A stretch of 64,000 nucleotides of DNA from Podarcis cretensis (Eukaryota), in the NCBI GenBank assembly GCA_951804945.1, contig OX638150.1, forward strand, positions 31,930,001 through 31,994,000, written 5' to 3'. The translations under genes and the position numbers were made by a program. The notes under the pieces were generated by a model, which made no database searches, was not told the DNA's origin, and saw only the letters and a list, made by a program, of their open reading frames with translations. Below, one piece after another: positions 11,880 through 26,168 of this stretch (the stretch's first letter is position 1; each line of letters opens with the position of its first letter).

Positions 11880-14800
11880 TAAATAATATATATTTTGTAG
11901 TGTTTATTGTATTTCCCAGCGGCCTTTACATGAGCTAAATCAGCATACTATGTCCTATATCCCAGTGTTAGTGCCTTCAACTGGTAAATAGTGATGGTGT
12001 AACTGAATAATTTGTAGCTTCGATAGCATGATGAAAACACAGGATATGTACATCCTGACTGGAAGCAAGCTGTGAAATTTTCTAGACCACAACTGTTAAG
12101 AACTGTCCTCTTTAATTCATGTCCTCTTTATTGAATTTGGGTCCACATCTTCTTTCTTTCTGGCTTTTGAAATACACGTACGTAAGGCAATGAAAGCAGA
12201 TTCCTCAGTGGTCAGGGGAAGTGTACTGTTACAAAGAACTAACACAGCACTTTAGCCGTTCATCAGTCTTGTACTCGTGTGTTTGTAAACTTAGAAACTA
12301 AATGGCATGGCTCTCTGTTTGCTGGATAAAAAGATTAATATTTATACGTAGCTTGGGATTTCTGTGAAGTTTTCATTTAATTGCCTGAATATGACTTTCG
12401 TGTCATGACTGGCTTTGAACTGCTGCCTAAAAAACTGATGCAATTGGCAGAGTGGATTTCTGGGCAAGAGTCTTCTAGCTCGGTGATGTCAGTTGTCGGC
12501 ACCCTTATGCAGCCAAGGATAATCCAGAGGCTGGTCTTGGGCAATGAAGAAACAGGGAAAGCCATGACAGTGATGGGATGAAACTACTTTGGCCCTTGTG
12601 CTTAGTGTCTGAAGCTCCGCTTCCTAGGGGCGTGCTGCTGGCTCCAAGCGGGTCACATCTCTCGGTCATGGTGCAATCATACCCTGCCAACGAAAGCACT
12701 AGGGCACGTTGGATTTTATGGTGTATAGGGTTTACTTTAAAAAAAACTCTTGTCAAAATCTTGGAAGGATTTTGTTGTGTCTGTCTCTTTCCCCAGAACC
12801 CTTAGATGCTTCCGTGATGAGGCCTATGTGCAGAATGAGTTCAGTGGGATGGTGGTTCAGCGCTCTTGCCCCATTGCCAACTCTGGAGATTTCATTGGTG
12901 TTTTCTCAAAGAATTTGCTTGTTAAAAAGAGCGTTTTGCCCTCCCAGTTACAGTGAAAACTATCATTAAAAGAACACAAATTCTGTGTTCGCAGGAGTTG
13001 CTTGTTGTTGAATGTTTATAGACGTCATTGGACCACCCCTGCATATCATTTACTGGCTCAGGCTTTCAGATTGCAGTTGATAGTGTGGATGGTTCTCAGA
13101 TTCATGGCTTAGGAGGGAAAAGTTCTGTTCTCCATAAAGGAGATTTTTCTTGCCCATGTCAGTTGCACAGTTGCACAGTTATTTAAGTCAAGCATTATTT
13201 TATATCACAAAAATCCAGGGGTTGAGTTGACCATGTGGCGTGTCAGATGAAGAGTGTTCTCAAATGGAAATTAGGTTTGTGCTGGTCAGAAGTGATTGCA
13301 GTTTCTGACCAAACTTCCTCCATGATGGCTTCTCCCAAAGGGAACTTTTGATTGACCTTCCCTTTATTGTTTTGTCCATGACTGCCTTCGTCAGACGCAG
13401 CCCCTTTTGAACTATGGCTGCCTCCTTCTGTTTTGGATCTACTAGTTGGCCATTTTTAACATTGTGCAAGTGAAATTCCTTGCTAAAGAAGTAATTAATT
13501 TACATTGGAAGCATTCAGCTTTTCTTAATTTTGCTTTCAGAGTGAGAAAGAAATCTACCTCTGAATGAAAGTGTTTCAGGTCCGGTTTTTGGATGGGTTG
13601 TTTTTCCCCAGTGGCAGCAAGATTTGGAGAGGCCTGTGACAGGATCCCAGGATCTTGTGCAGTGGTGAGAACAGATCTAAAGTGTAAAATAACTTTCCTA
13701 TAGACATAGGGAAGCTAATTATTCAGTGTCTTTAGACTTCAGATGAGATCTAGCCTAGTGAGAAGACGAGCTATTTTGAATAAGATACCTTATCATGAGT
13801 TCTAAGGAACCTATACATGGGAGAAAACATATCTTATTGTGTGTGCCTGCACACAAACTCCTATGGATATTGGGATATCTCTACAAGGATTTTTGTTATC
13901 CCACCCTAATGGTCTTTTGTCCTTAGTTGTGGATCGCTCTGATTATGCCAGTGTCTTCTTGTTTCTGACTTAACATAGTGAGACCTAGCTGTCTTTGCCC
14001 ATGAAAAAGAAAACTTCAATAGCATATATTGTGTCTGCAGCCATGCCTAACTACTAAGCCAATAAAACTATCTGGCAAAACCAGATGCGAACACACACAA
14101 AAAACTGTTGGCAAAACATGCACATGCTTGCTGTTGTGACTACCTTTGATTTGAAATTATTTTATAGTAGAGTAGACATGCAAACTGGAGGAGCTCTTCA
14201 GTCTGCACAACCCTCTATGACAGTTACATACAAATGTTACTAGTCCAGTTTCTTAGCTACCCTAAGGAACTCTGTTTGTGATCCAGTCTTTTTATATCTC
14301 CCTGTTTTCTATGGAGCCAAGGAGGTAATTGCATATATGAAGAAACTCAAACACCTCTGATTATTGCTCATTTGAAGTATGTCAAAAGTCCAGCCACATC
14401 GTGTACACCAGCATTGACCCCAGGCGATGAAACTGATAGCCAAGTTCATATAACTTTCCATTCTGCACTCCTGCTGCAATTCTTTTCAGGACCAGTCAGG
14501 ATGCAGTTGAACGCAGATGGGTCAAGATTAGGTATTGTAAACAGGCTGTATGGAATTAGGAACACTTCTAATCATAGAATGATAGAGTTCCTATGGAATA
14601 ACTTGATTCTCTCCTTGATTCTCCCCTATGTTCTACTTTTCTGCACAGACGGCCATTGACAAATATCATCCCTCACTTGAAGTATGAAGTAGTGCAGTCC
14701 ATGGACTCTGCAGTGTGGTTTTGTTCAAAATATAGTTCTGCCATCTAAGCCTTGTATGCATGTCTCTAGAGAGACAATAATGGAACTGCAATTTGATCCA

Positions 14801-15023
14801 CATGATCTGTTTGGTTTTTTGGGTCACTGTATGTGCTGATATCTATTGGTCTGAAGCATTAGTCAAAATTCTGGATGGGGAGGTCAGGATACAGTTGGCC
14901 TGACATGACCCTGGATGGCTGACTTGCCACATGTGACCTTAAGCAACTTGTCAAATACTGTTCTGCCATTAGTTATTTGGGACATATATATTCTGTTCTA
15001 ATTCCCTGGGTTCTACCTCCTAG

Positions 15024-15124
15024 GTACGGATTGTGCTGCAGCTGGATGATTGCTCTAGGCTCCAAGACACGTTTTGCTCCAGTCAGACCTTGTGGGATAT
15101 TCTTAACCACTTTGCACAGACCAG
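15024..15124 (+). CDS. ASPSCR1: ASPSCR1 exon 4 (UBL2)
   Basis: CCTAG acceptor. VRIVLQLDDCSRLQDTFCSSQTLWDILNHFAQT(R) vs human VRIALQLDDGSRLQDSFCSGQTLWELLSHF. Donor GTGAGT. 101 nt. Confidence 0.97.
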
Positions 15125-17118
15125 GTGAGTGCAGACAGAGAGCGATGAGAGAGAAATGTTTCAGAAAGCTGAAGATGAAAAGCACAGACGGTTAAGATGT
15201 CATGAATGAATTGATTCTGTGCTGCTACTTGAATAAGGCTCCACTAATGAATACTTTTCAGATTAATGACTGTATGATTGTTATGCTTCATAGCTCTTTG
15301 TTCACTATTTGTTCACTAATGACAGTTGCTTTGGGCAGGACTAGGTTATACTGCAAATGGGATCACCTTTCATCATTGTCCTGGAACGTTGATTCATTCA
15401 GGGCAAAAACTGCTAGTTTCCTTTAAGGAAGCTGGAATCACTGCTTAAAAGCGGGGGTTCAGCAATGGAAGCAGTTGATAGCTCAGTCTGCATTTGAGGA
15501 GAATAATGCTGGCAAGAGAGTATTGGTTAAGTACTTTGCCATTTTCAGACTTCTTATCCTCTTTCCTGTTTCGTTTAGCTCCCAGCAGAAAGACGGGAAG
15601 ATACGCCACTAGGTCCAAACTACTCATTACACACAAAGGCATGTAACTGCAGCCCAATGCCCTTTCTGTGAGTTAACAGATACTGTGGAAGGGTTCAGCT
15701 AAGAAGTGGTGAGGGAAGGGAGCAGCTAACCCTTTCCTACCTAACCTATCAGTTCCTTGCTTCAAATCACACACCCTCCGCCCATAGTGTTTAAAATGTA
15801 GCCGTCAGTTTTCATGCATTCAGAAGAACATACGAGTACTGAAAATTAGGTAGAGTGTGTGTGCACGCACATTCACACCCCCTACCCAGTTTAAGTCCTC
15901 ATGTGTTCTTTTGAGCACTTGAAGAGGACTTGTGTCTTTGTCCAAACATACCGTTTTATATCTCATTAGAGTGCCTCTTTTATATCTCATTGAAGTGCCT
16001 ATTTTCCTCTGCTTCTTCTTTGCTACCTCTTGCACACTTCCAAAGCAGCTTTTGATACACCCACACACCCTGTTAAGCCGTGTATGTGTGTGTGTTTTCT
16101 CCAGGGGTACTTCTTCACAGTCAGTTTATTGTGCCATTAACATGCATTTTGTATATCAATGACTGTACATTGTTCGCATGTCTGTGTGTGCCTGCCTCAG
16201 TATCCTTTGAACTGCCGCTTCAGACACAACATTTTTTATCTAGGATGATGTGATTTTTTTCACCAGGAGGGTACATTTGCTGCTGTTTTGGTTGCTCTAT
16301 GAAATGTGGTTGCACAAGTGCCACGAACTATTGTGCTGTATGACTGGCGAGACAAACACAACTTCCTTTCTCTTCCCAACCCACCCCCAACACAGTGTTT
16401 TATTTCAGTCTTCAGTGGTGGTATGCTCCTGCTCTCCCCCCCCCCCCCATTTTTCATTTAAAAAATCATTTATATTCAAAAGTAATAAAACAATAGAAAT
16501 GACATATTTAACAAAAAGAAAGCAAAGGAAAAGAGAAATTAAAACCCAGCCGTTCTTGTGTACATTTCACAAGTTGAGTAACAGTATCATCATGTTATTC
16601 ATAGTTATATTTTTTAATGATCCCTTTTTTGTTTTTGTTTGTTAGAAGGGTTGTATTGTATGCAATCCCATATGCACAGATGGGATTGAAAGGGGATGTG
16701 TAAGAGAATTGTGCCATGGCTAGAACTTGATTGAGCACACTTTTGACTGTGCAGAGAAGTTCCAAGCATGCTTGCAGCTCATAGTGTTGACTGAATGGGC
16801 TTTTTCAAACCTTTGCTGAGTTATGGTTATAGTGGAGAAAGGCCTTGTTCTAACCGGAAGCAGTCTACACTTCCAATATAGCATCTCTGTATTAGAAAGC
16901 TTCTGTGAGGGTTTGCCTCCCTCTTGCTGCAGCCTACATTTAGTGCTTTCCTTCTTCCTGAAGAGGATTCAAGAACAAAAGGTGCTCTTTCAAACCAAAA
17001 TGTCAAACGAATGATCTGTACTCCAAGACAATTTTGTTGCTTAACTTTGTTTCTTTTTTGTGGCATGGAAGGCTGAACTTCATAAATCGAGGGTGATTGC
17101 TACAAATTCTATTGGAGC

Positions 17119-17123
<5 letters not shown>

Positions 17124-17163
<40 letters not shown>

Positions 17164-17180
17164 CCTCCCTCCCCCCCCCC
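17124..17180. repeat. (TC)n microsatellite grading into (CCCT)n and poly-C
   Basis: Read directly from the sequence. Confidence 0.95.
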
Positions 17181-17877
17181 ACATCACATTCACTTATTAG
17201 GCAAATCCTCTAACACTTGGGAAGGGGCTCTCAGCCTCGTACGGTTTCTGTCATCTCTGCTTCTTGAATTCGTTCCAAGTTCTCTTTCTGATCCAATGGG
17301 AGCTCTTGGCTCCCTTTCTATTTAAAGGTCTTTTCCGTAGTCCACGTGCGGCGTCGTAGGATTGTGTAATTGGCGGTTGTTTCTTTCTGGCTCAGAAACC
17401 ATTCCAACAATCATCTAAAGGAGTCATCGACCTACTGTCGTACCAGGACTTCTAAAGCTGAAATGATAGAACTACCAGGAAAGGGGTGGGTGGGCCAGCT
17501 TGGACTCTGGTATGAATAACAACAAGCAGATGAGTGCTATTTCTTTGCCAGCTAGTGGATTTGCAGTCTCTGTATTCCTGCCCATCCCCCCTCCCGCTCG
17601 ACACATTGGAGACATTAACCTCACAAGTAATATTGTTTATGTCTATCTGCATTGTTGTGTGACTGCCACAGAGCACTCCTAATTTCAGACGTTTACAAAA
17701 GATATACCTGTTAGCCCTTTCTCCATGTGCTGGCTCACATCTAATGGCTTTATTGTACACAGTGCACACCACACCCTGTAGAAACCCCCAACTAGGGATT
17801 ACCTCGGATCCACTTGGCAGTCTTCTTCTGTAGTTCAGCCCCTACTGATGGATCTGTGTAAAGATTGCTCTGTTTAT

Positions 17878-18229
17878 TAAAGGTAAAGGGACCCCTGACC
17901 ATTAGGTCCAGTCATGGCCGACTCTGGGGTTGTGGTACTCATCTCGCTTTATTGGCCGAGGGAGCCGGCGTACAGCTTCCGGATCATGTGGCCAGCATGA
18001 CTAAGCCGCTTCTGGCGAACCAGAGCAGCGCACAGAAATGCCGTTTACCTTCCTGCTGGAGCGGTACCTATTTATCTACTTGCACTTTGACGTGCTTTTG
18101 AACTGCTAGGTTGGCAGGAGCAGGGGCCAAGCAACAGGAGCTCACCCCGTCGCGGGGATTCGAACCACCGACCTTCTGATCGGCAAGTCCTAGGCTCTGT
18201 GGTTTAACCCACCGCGCCACCCGCGTCCC
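17878..18229 (-). mobile_element. Sauria SINE (Squam1), full length
   Basis: The reverse complement starts GGGACGCGGGTGGCGCGGTGGGTTAAACC, has B box GGTTCGAATCC and ends in an (ACCTTT)n tail. Imperfect TSD TCT(G/A)TTTATT. Confidence 0.9.
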
Positions 18230-21200
18230 ATATTCTATTTATTGCCATACACAAATTCCCTCAGGCCTTACTTTGCTGACTCTTATTAGGAATTTACCTG
18301 ATCATGCAAATGCTCAAAGTGTTGGAAGAGGGCAGGGGGGTGCATGCAAGCCCCGTCCTTAATATCTTCCTGTGCGTTGCCCCCCAGTCCCTGGGCTTCC
18401 CCATGTTTGTATGGAGAAGATCTGTAGGAAACCTCTGTTTGTGTTTGCTTGATTGTGTGTTTTTGTGAGTAGACTCCTTGCAATCAGGGAGCCTGTTTTA
18501 TCAGAGGATTCTACTTGCCTTCACGCAAGCATGAGTAAAAGCCTCCTGCAGACCTTCTGCTCTCACTGCCAGGGAAGGTTGAGGACACCGCGGTGTACAC
18601 TGGGGTGCTGGCGGTGGAGCTTGTAGAGTAGGCGTCAGTGTGTGAGACGAGAAGCAAAGTAGACTTGTTCCCGTCACGATAACCCATGATTTAGTGTGAA
18701 CTCCAAATGCATCTTGACATGCAGAATTTGTCATGGATTATGCTATGATTATGAAATCTTTAAGCCGTCATCTCCCGTACTTTATCATGGGATATATACT
18801 TCTGTTTCCTGAATTAAAATTGAAAATGCAGCTAATTCTTAAAGCTGTTAGTGAGCACAAGAATAGCCACACTTGGAGGAGTTCCTGAGTTGTTGATCTG
18901 GGCCTTCTTCCTGGCCTCGTCTGACTTCAGGTAATTCTGCTATGTGTCTTCATCAGAAGTCACTTCACATGCAAAGACACAGTAAAACTAATCACCTTCA
19001 ACAGAGGCTGATTGGAAGGAGGTGAGACTGGAGCAGTGAATTATAGAAAAGATGTAGCAGGTCGCCAGTTCTTTTGGTGAAAAGTTGGGCTCACAAAAGT
19101 CTTTCATTATTTAACTTGTGTGACATGCTGCCAGTTCTATGGCAGCACATCAGCGTGCCTCAGCACACAAAGCATGAGAGGTACTCCTCAAAGCTCTGAA
19201 ATTGGGAAACTACCTTATACAGAGTCAGACCATCCAGATTACATTCTATTATATCTTCCATAGTTTCTGTGCTGTAGGGAAGTATTGTAGCTTCTATAGC
19301 TTTTTTATTTTTATTTTTACCCCCACTAGTGTTTAAAGCTTTTCAACTCTTGCTCTACAACTTTTATAGCACATCATATCTATCTTCCTAGAAACTTGTT
19401 TTGTCTATTGCATCTGTCGGGTCTCGATGCCACAAAACTGTTCATGTTTCAAAATATTTTTTCTTCCAGAGTTCTGTGACGTATAAGAAATTCACTGGAA
19501 GGGCAATACAAAACAAGAAGGGTTTGGTTCATTTAGTAGATTTCCCCCTGCTCTTGGTTTTGTGGCATGCTGTCATCTTATTTCATGAGCTAATGTTATT
19601 TTGAAGAACTCTGTGTATGGAAAATCCTACTTCAGTATCAATGATTTTGGGGGTCCTACTAGTTTTTTTTAATTTGTTGCTTGAATACTGAATTGATTCC
19701 AGGGCATCTGCTCAACTCTTGGGGAGGCTCTAACTGTATTTCAAAAGGCTGCACTTAATTTAATTTTTTTATTGGTTTTTTCCCCTAGCCTAATTTGTTT
19801 GGCTTCTGATCATAAAGCAGAATACAAGTTTACTCTGTTCATGCTGCTGGTGTCACATGTTGTTGCTGTCTTTTCTCTTTGGAAGCCTACTATTTACTTA
19901 AATTTATGTTCCCTCCTTTTGCCATAGGCATACGTTTCTTCTTCTGTCCCTTACAAGTGATCCCACTGAAGTTGGGAATCTGCTTGCTTATTTTGGAGGA
20001 TTTATTGCACACTTCTTATTCCTGTTTCCTACTCTTAAAGTAGTCTGGAAGTTTCGTCTTCACACTGCTTCCTCTCCCTGCCCTACGTCCTCTCTCTCAT
20101 GACCATTACATGAAGTGGCAGGATGTATATATTTATAAATTTTGGGTCTGGTGTTGCTTTCAGAGAATTTCGGAAGCTCTTAAAATTTGGAGAGTAGTGC
20201 TCGCTGCCCAATGATGTGGCTAGGCTGGTGCCACTACTTTGGTCCTTAAACTTGTTTAATAGAGAACTCTCTCTCTAAAAAGAAATGCAAGGAATACCAG
20301 TGAAACTCACCTTAAGAACTAAAATTGTGGTCTTACCTAGGGGCAGGGCCATGGCAGACTCTTTACATGAATAAGTGTCTTGGTGCCCTAGTGTATCCAT
20401 TTAAAACAAACTAACAAATTTTGGGTACCATGATCCAGAGATCCTTGGAGAGCTGCTGCCAGTCTGAGTGAGTTAGATAGGCCACTGGTCTGACTTGGTC
20501 TTTGGCAGCTTCATATGTTTGCCCAATGAAACTATCAGCTTCTGAGATGAGTGCATACCCCTGAGCATGGCTTCTTGCTCTCTGCAATATCTTTGCTTGG
20601 TTTATCAGCTGGCATTTTTCTTTCTCTTTCGCAGACATTTGGCTTATTGTGGTTTAAGGTATGACAGTGCTGATGAAACATCTCTTTTGAAGATGAGAAG
20701 CACTAACAGAAGTTCTAATTATTATTAATTTCAGTCCACGACAGACAGCTGGGATATTCTGCCCTCCGGGATGGGAAGGCAGCCATTTGGATGGTATTCT
20801 GCTTTTAAAAAATTAGGAACACTAAAAAGCCATACGTGATCTGGCAGAGTAGTGAACTGAGCTGGTGATCTTCCTGGCTGCATTTGGTCGTTGTGTAAGT
20901 TGGGATGCTTCTGAGTTTTGTAAGCCATCTGGCTCAGTAGCTGTTTTAGCATGGATGCTGGTAGCCACAGCTGTTTGTCTAGCTGCTTGACCCTTCTGCA
21001 TCCTCCTTGGGCAGCCCCATTTGGAGAGTTTTCTTGGAGTTCTGAAACTCTTCTTGGAGCACAAGGGGGATAAGTATGGTAAACCCACTGGAATTTCCCC
21101 CCAGGTCCCTTGTGTCCATTTCTGCTAATTAGGTCTGAAGAAGGTCTGGAAGCTATTGTGAACTGCTCCACCTCCTCCTCCTCCTCCTTCGGCATGCTCT

Positions 21201-22718
21201 AGTCCTTACACAAGATGTTTACAGGCCCTGTCAGATCCCTACATGAGGGAATCTAATCTGCCTGCTGTTCCCCTTCTGAAGAACAGCACATCAAAGAAAT
21301 GGCAGCCTGTTTGATGTGTCTGCTTGCCTCAGAGAATGCACGTAATGGATTAGCAGCAGCTGGAGGAGGGGCCTGCTGGCTCCCAACTATTGCACACAAT
21401 CTCATCTCTTGGGGCTATGTGTGTGTCATCTTTTGCAGAGGCTTGATCAGGGAGACACAGTCTTGGGATATTAATGCCCGGGCTATCCAGATTTAGAGGG
21501 GCGGCCCTTTTAGCTTGTCTATCAGATCCCTGCATTCCTGTGTAGCCTTGCATGTTAAACATGTCGGGAGGCATTCAGCAACATGCTGTTACAAATGTTC
21601 CATCAGGACATGCATTTCTGCTTGTCCAATGGAATAATCTCCCCTCTCTTCCTCTTCCCTGGGGGTTCCTCTGGGGGTTCTCCTGCCTCCCCCCCCCCCA
21701 GCGAATTGGGAAGGTGCGAGGGGAGAGGGGAAAAGCCTTGTAGTTCTAATGAAGGTCCTTGCATAGGCTTCCGCTAGCAGTGCCAGTTAACTGAATCCCA
21801 GCTTCAGACCTGACTTTTGCAGAGAACTGTCACCTGTACGCCATACTGCTCTTGTAGCTTTTTTTTGGGGGGGGGGGTCTGAGGAAGTGCCCACCATGTC
21901 TTTGGTATTCTGAACATATCATGTGGAAGTTAAGAAGAAAATAACAGGAAAGTGGAATAAGGCAACTTGAAAAGGAAGGACCTTAGTTTAGAATGCTTCC
22001 TTTGCAAGGTACGGTTCAGGGAAACAGAGTATGGAACATCAATCCAAAGAATGTTGGAAACCTGTTAGATAGAACTCCTGCTTTGGAAGCAAGAAATTAT
22101 GTAGGAGACAAATCTGCTGTGGGATGTTTCTTGCCAGAAATCCTCAACGATGGCTAAACATTGGAATAGTTAGCAGTGACACAAGCAACTCCAAGGGTTC
22201 CACTAGCAGCAAGTTATTTAAAGCAACCTGAAGAAAATCTTATCCTTAGCTCACCTTTCTGATTTGCACTGCTTCTATAGAATGAAATGGATTATTACAC
22301 AAATGTCATGCTCAGAGAGAAGGCTTTTTAGGAATCCTGCAGCTCCTCTTCTGTGCTCACAGGTTTGTCATTGGCAGGGTGCTCTTTTGAGCTTGACCTT
22401 GACATTTACTGTTAAGAACTGTTATTGTAGAACTGTCCTGAGTAAATTCCAGTTTCCAAAGCCTGTAGTTTAGGCATGTGTCATTCTTCTCCTTTTGCAA
22501 GAGCATAGCTTCACATCTGCCAACATAAAACATGTTCTGCATTGGAAATATTGGTTAGGTACCACTCAACCCTTAATGTTGGCATGACGCTTTTCCTGTT
22601 TCACCAAATGCAAACAGGAAATGGTTTTCTCCATTTGAGTGAACTGGGCTGCTGCACACTATTCTTCCCCCACTGCTGGAAAAAATTGTGGGTAGAATTA
22701 TTTTGTTTTAACCACGTA

Positions 22719-23021
22719 CAGTGGTGCCCCGCAAGACGAATGCCTCGCAAGACGGAAAACTCGCTAGACGAAAGAGTTTTCCGTTTTGGAGGTGCTTCGC
22801 AAAACGAATTTCCTATGGGCTTGCTTCGCAAGACGAAAATGTATTGCGAGTTCCTGCGGTTTCCCCCCCCCTTTCCCCCCTTTTTCTAAGCCGCTAAGCC
22901 GCTTATCCGCTAAGCCACTAAAAGCCGCTAAGCCGTCAATGGGCTTGCTTCGCAAGACGAAAAAACCGCTAGACGAAGAGACTCGCGGAACGGATTCTTT
23001 TCGTCTTGCGAGGCACCACTG
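22719..23021. mobile_element. Tc1/mariner (Tigger-like) MITE, family B
   Basis: 22-bp TIRs CAGTGGTGCC(C/T)CGCAAGACGAA with TA TSD. Internal repeats of CGCAAGACGAA and AAGCCGCT. Confidence 0.88.
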
Positions 23022-24849
23022 TAGTTGAACGGAGGTGGAAGGTGGTGAGAGAGTTTGAAGAGACATCTCTACAAAGATTGGGAACTTCCTTATAAAGCCC
23101 ATTTTTTTGTTGGATACTAATGGGAGTCTACAGTATGGTCCATTATGTGTCTTGTTGGCAGCTGCTGTCTTCTTGGAGAATGAACTATGGGTTATTATTT
23201 AGGACATTTGCCACATGACTATATAGGAGGTGTGAATCTAAGAAGGTGTGCTATTCTACTAATACCTGCCCACCCTTCCAAAAAGAAAACCTTCTTAAAA
23301 TCCAGTCCCACTAGGCTTAAATCTTGTTGGTCCTTTCCTTTCAGCCTCTCAGTGCTAACCATTCATTTTGTGGTGCTGGTGAATGTAACATAGAATGCCT
23401 TTGAGGCACTCTTATTTTCCTGTCTCGACCAAGTATTTTTCTTTGGTGCCTGAAATCTCATAATTCTAAACTGAACTTGGGCACGACAGATTCTGATTCA
23501 GGAAAGAGCAACATTCCATCTTCCCTAGGCCTGATTCAGTCCTAAACAGGAATTGAATTGGAGTTTGGAATGAAGTCTTCTTGCTGGGTTTTGGATATAC
23601 TTTTCTCTATTCCTTCTGTATAAATTTGTTAGCAGCAATAGCCTTCTTCCACAGGCAAGTATCCTGTAGGCAGGGGTGCAAAGCATATTCACAAATGTTG
23701 GGAGTACCTTTAGGCCTACTAATTTGCCTTAGCCTTTAGCTCTATCTACACCTTTTTTCTACAGTAGGGTTGCTAACCAACCGAACACACACAAACACAC
23801 GGCCTTCCTTTCAATATCAGTTGCTACCGCACACAGAACTCAACAAATGAATATTTTAATAATATTTATTTAGAACATTTATTAGCCACTCAGTCAGCTA
23901 TGTCTTCTGGTGGTTCACACAGAGTTAAGACAATAAACACTTACATATTAATTAAAATATTAAAGAAAATAGTTTCTTCCCTAAAAAACAGAACAAACAC
24001 CAAAACATCATTTAAAACCTAAGCAGAAGTAATCTGGTCCAATGTCAAAAAAATGAACTTGTAAAATGCCTGGGAGAATAAAAAGGTGTTCAGTTTATGC
24101 TGAAAGGACTTTAATATAGGTACCACCAGGCAAGCCTCAATGAGTAGAGAATTTAATATTCAGGGTACTACCACCACAAATCAAAAAGTTTAAGGAAAAA
24201 ATTAGAAAAACCTAGAATTGAACAAAGCCTTAACGGGATGCCGGCTACAAACCTCGTTTCACTGAACTATTCCGTTTCCTCAGAAGGAGATAGAGAAATC
24301 ATAAACCTTAAATGATTCTAAACAAACTCAAGAACAGGGCTGAAACGCTCCTTTGGTCTAGATGTTACTGCTGAGTCGCAGAAGCGCCACTCTAGTTGCG
24401 GACTTTTCAGGGTGCGAACGGCACCCCGGAACGGATCATGTCCACAACTAGAGGTACCACTGTACCCATAGCCACAGCCATACGCCCCTATTTGAACAAT
24501 AAAAAATCCAGATTATGAAACCACCAGATTCACTAAAATGCACCCAGACATCAGCGTAACATTCTCCAACACTACCGTAGTGCCTGCTGCAATGTCCTTC
24601 CTCCATTCTGCGTCCTTGGTGTCTCCTTCCGTCTTTCTCTTTCCTTTCCATTCTCCTCTTCCTGCCTCCCCTATTTTTGTACATTTCTTTCTTTGGCCCT
24701 TTCATTTCCTAAGGGAAACGTAAACTGCACTGTGGCAGCCATAGAGTGGTTTCAACTAGCTCCTCCCTCTTTGCAAAAACTGAGGGAAGTTATCTAGAGG
24801 AGACTTGTGTGTAGGCACACAGCTGACCTCTGAAGCTCAGCCTTACAAG

Positions 24850-25490
24850 TTTTCTTTCTTTCTTTTTTTTTTGTATATAATTTTTATTAGTTTTATTTTC
24901 TAACAACAAGTATCAAAATCATTTCCAAACAATCATTCTACATTCTCCCCCCCCCCCTCCTTCCCGTTGACTTCCTTCAGCTTCCCCTTCTGGCTTGTTA
25001 CATTAAATGATACAATCTGCTATTCCTTATCTGTCAAAATGTTATTACAATGTTATTCCTCATGCATTTTGTTAAGTAAAGTTGTGAATGTTTATTCAAA
25101 TCCTGCTATCAAGTCCATTTCTTTCAGTTGTTTCTTCATATAGTTTATGAAAGGTTCCCATTCTTTTTCTAAATCACTATTGTCTTTTTCATGTAGCTTT
25201 TCCATTAGTTTTGCTAATTCCATGTAGTTCATCAATTTTTCCTGCCATTGTGCTTTCGAAGGTATTTCTCCAGTCTTCCAGTTTTGTGCTATTAGGATTC
25301 TTGCCGCTGCTGTCGCGTACATGAATATTTTCCATTTCTCTTTTGGCAGTCCTTGATCAGAAAAACCTAGTAAAAACGCTTCTGGGTTTTTTAACAAACG
25401 TCATTTTTTCAGTTCGTTATGTATCATCTCCCAATTTTTTTGGATAATACTACATTCCCACCACATATGATAAAAGGCACCCTCCTTATT
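24850..25490 (-). mobile_element. L1-clade LINE 3' fragment (ORF2 C-terminus, 3' UTR, poly-A)
   Basis: Peptides GAFYHMWWEC and PEAFLLG...MYATAAARILIAQNWK...WQEKLMNYMELAKL, ending at stop 25092. AATAAA and A-rich tail on the - strand at ~24850-24890. Confidence 0.85.
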
Positions 25491-25499
25491 TTGGATTTG

Positions 25500-25741
25500 G
25501 AGGAGTTTGGATTTGATATCCCACTTTATCACTACCCTAAGGAGTCTCAAAGCGGCTAACATTCTCCTTTCCCTTCCTCCCCCACAACAAACACTCTGTG
25601 AGGTGAGTGGGGCTGAGAGACTTCAGAAAAGTGTGACTACCCAAGGTCACCCAGCAGCTGCATGTGGAGGAGCGGGGACGCGAACCCGGTTCACCAGATT
25701 ACGAGTCTACCGCTCTTAACCACTACACCACACTGGCTCTC
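25500..25741 (-). mobile_element. tRNA-derived SINE, Squam3-like (copy 2)
   Basis: Near-identical to 2640-2890. It abuts the 5'-truncated end of the L1 fragment. Confidence 0.85.
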
Positions 25742-26168
25742 TTGTGTGCAGGGCCACTCACCAGGTGGTCACTTGATGCCACTATGCAATCGGATAAGGA
25801 CCCAACTTCAAAGAAAAGGATCGGGAGAGTACTCCACAGTGCGCTACCATTTCTTTTTTTCTTTCTGGCTTGAACTCAAGTGGGGCTGCAAAGGAAGATC
25901 CCCGCCGAGAGCAGGGTTTGCAGACACCATCAGTCAGCTGCAAGCTCCGCTTTCAGTAGAGGTCAGCTCGACTTGAGTTGAGCGAATCCCAGTGTGACTT
26001 GCATTGTGCACCAAATTTAAAAGGCACTGAATACAAGTCCCATTTGCCAGGGAACATTAGGCAGTGCACATGAAGGCTCCCAATGGTTCCTCTGCAGCCA
26101 AGTCTTTGCCTGTCCAGCACCTGATGTCAGGTGTGTGGCCCGGGGAAACTGTCTTTTGGGTCAGATTA

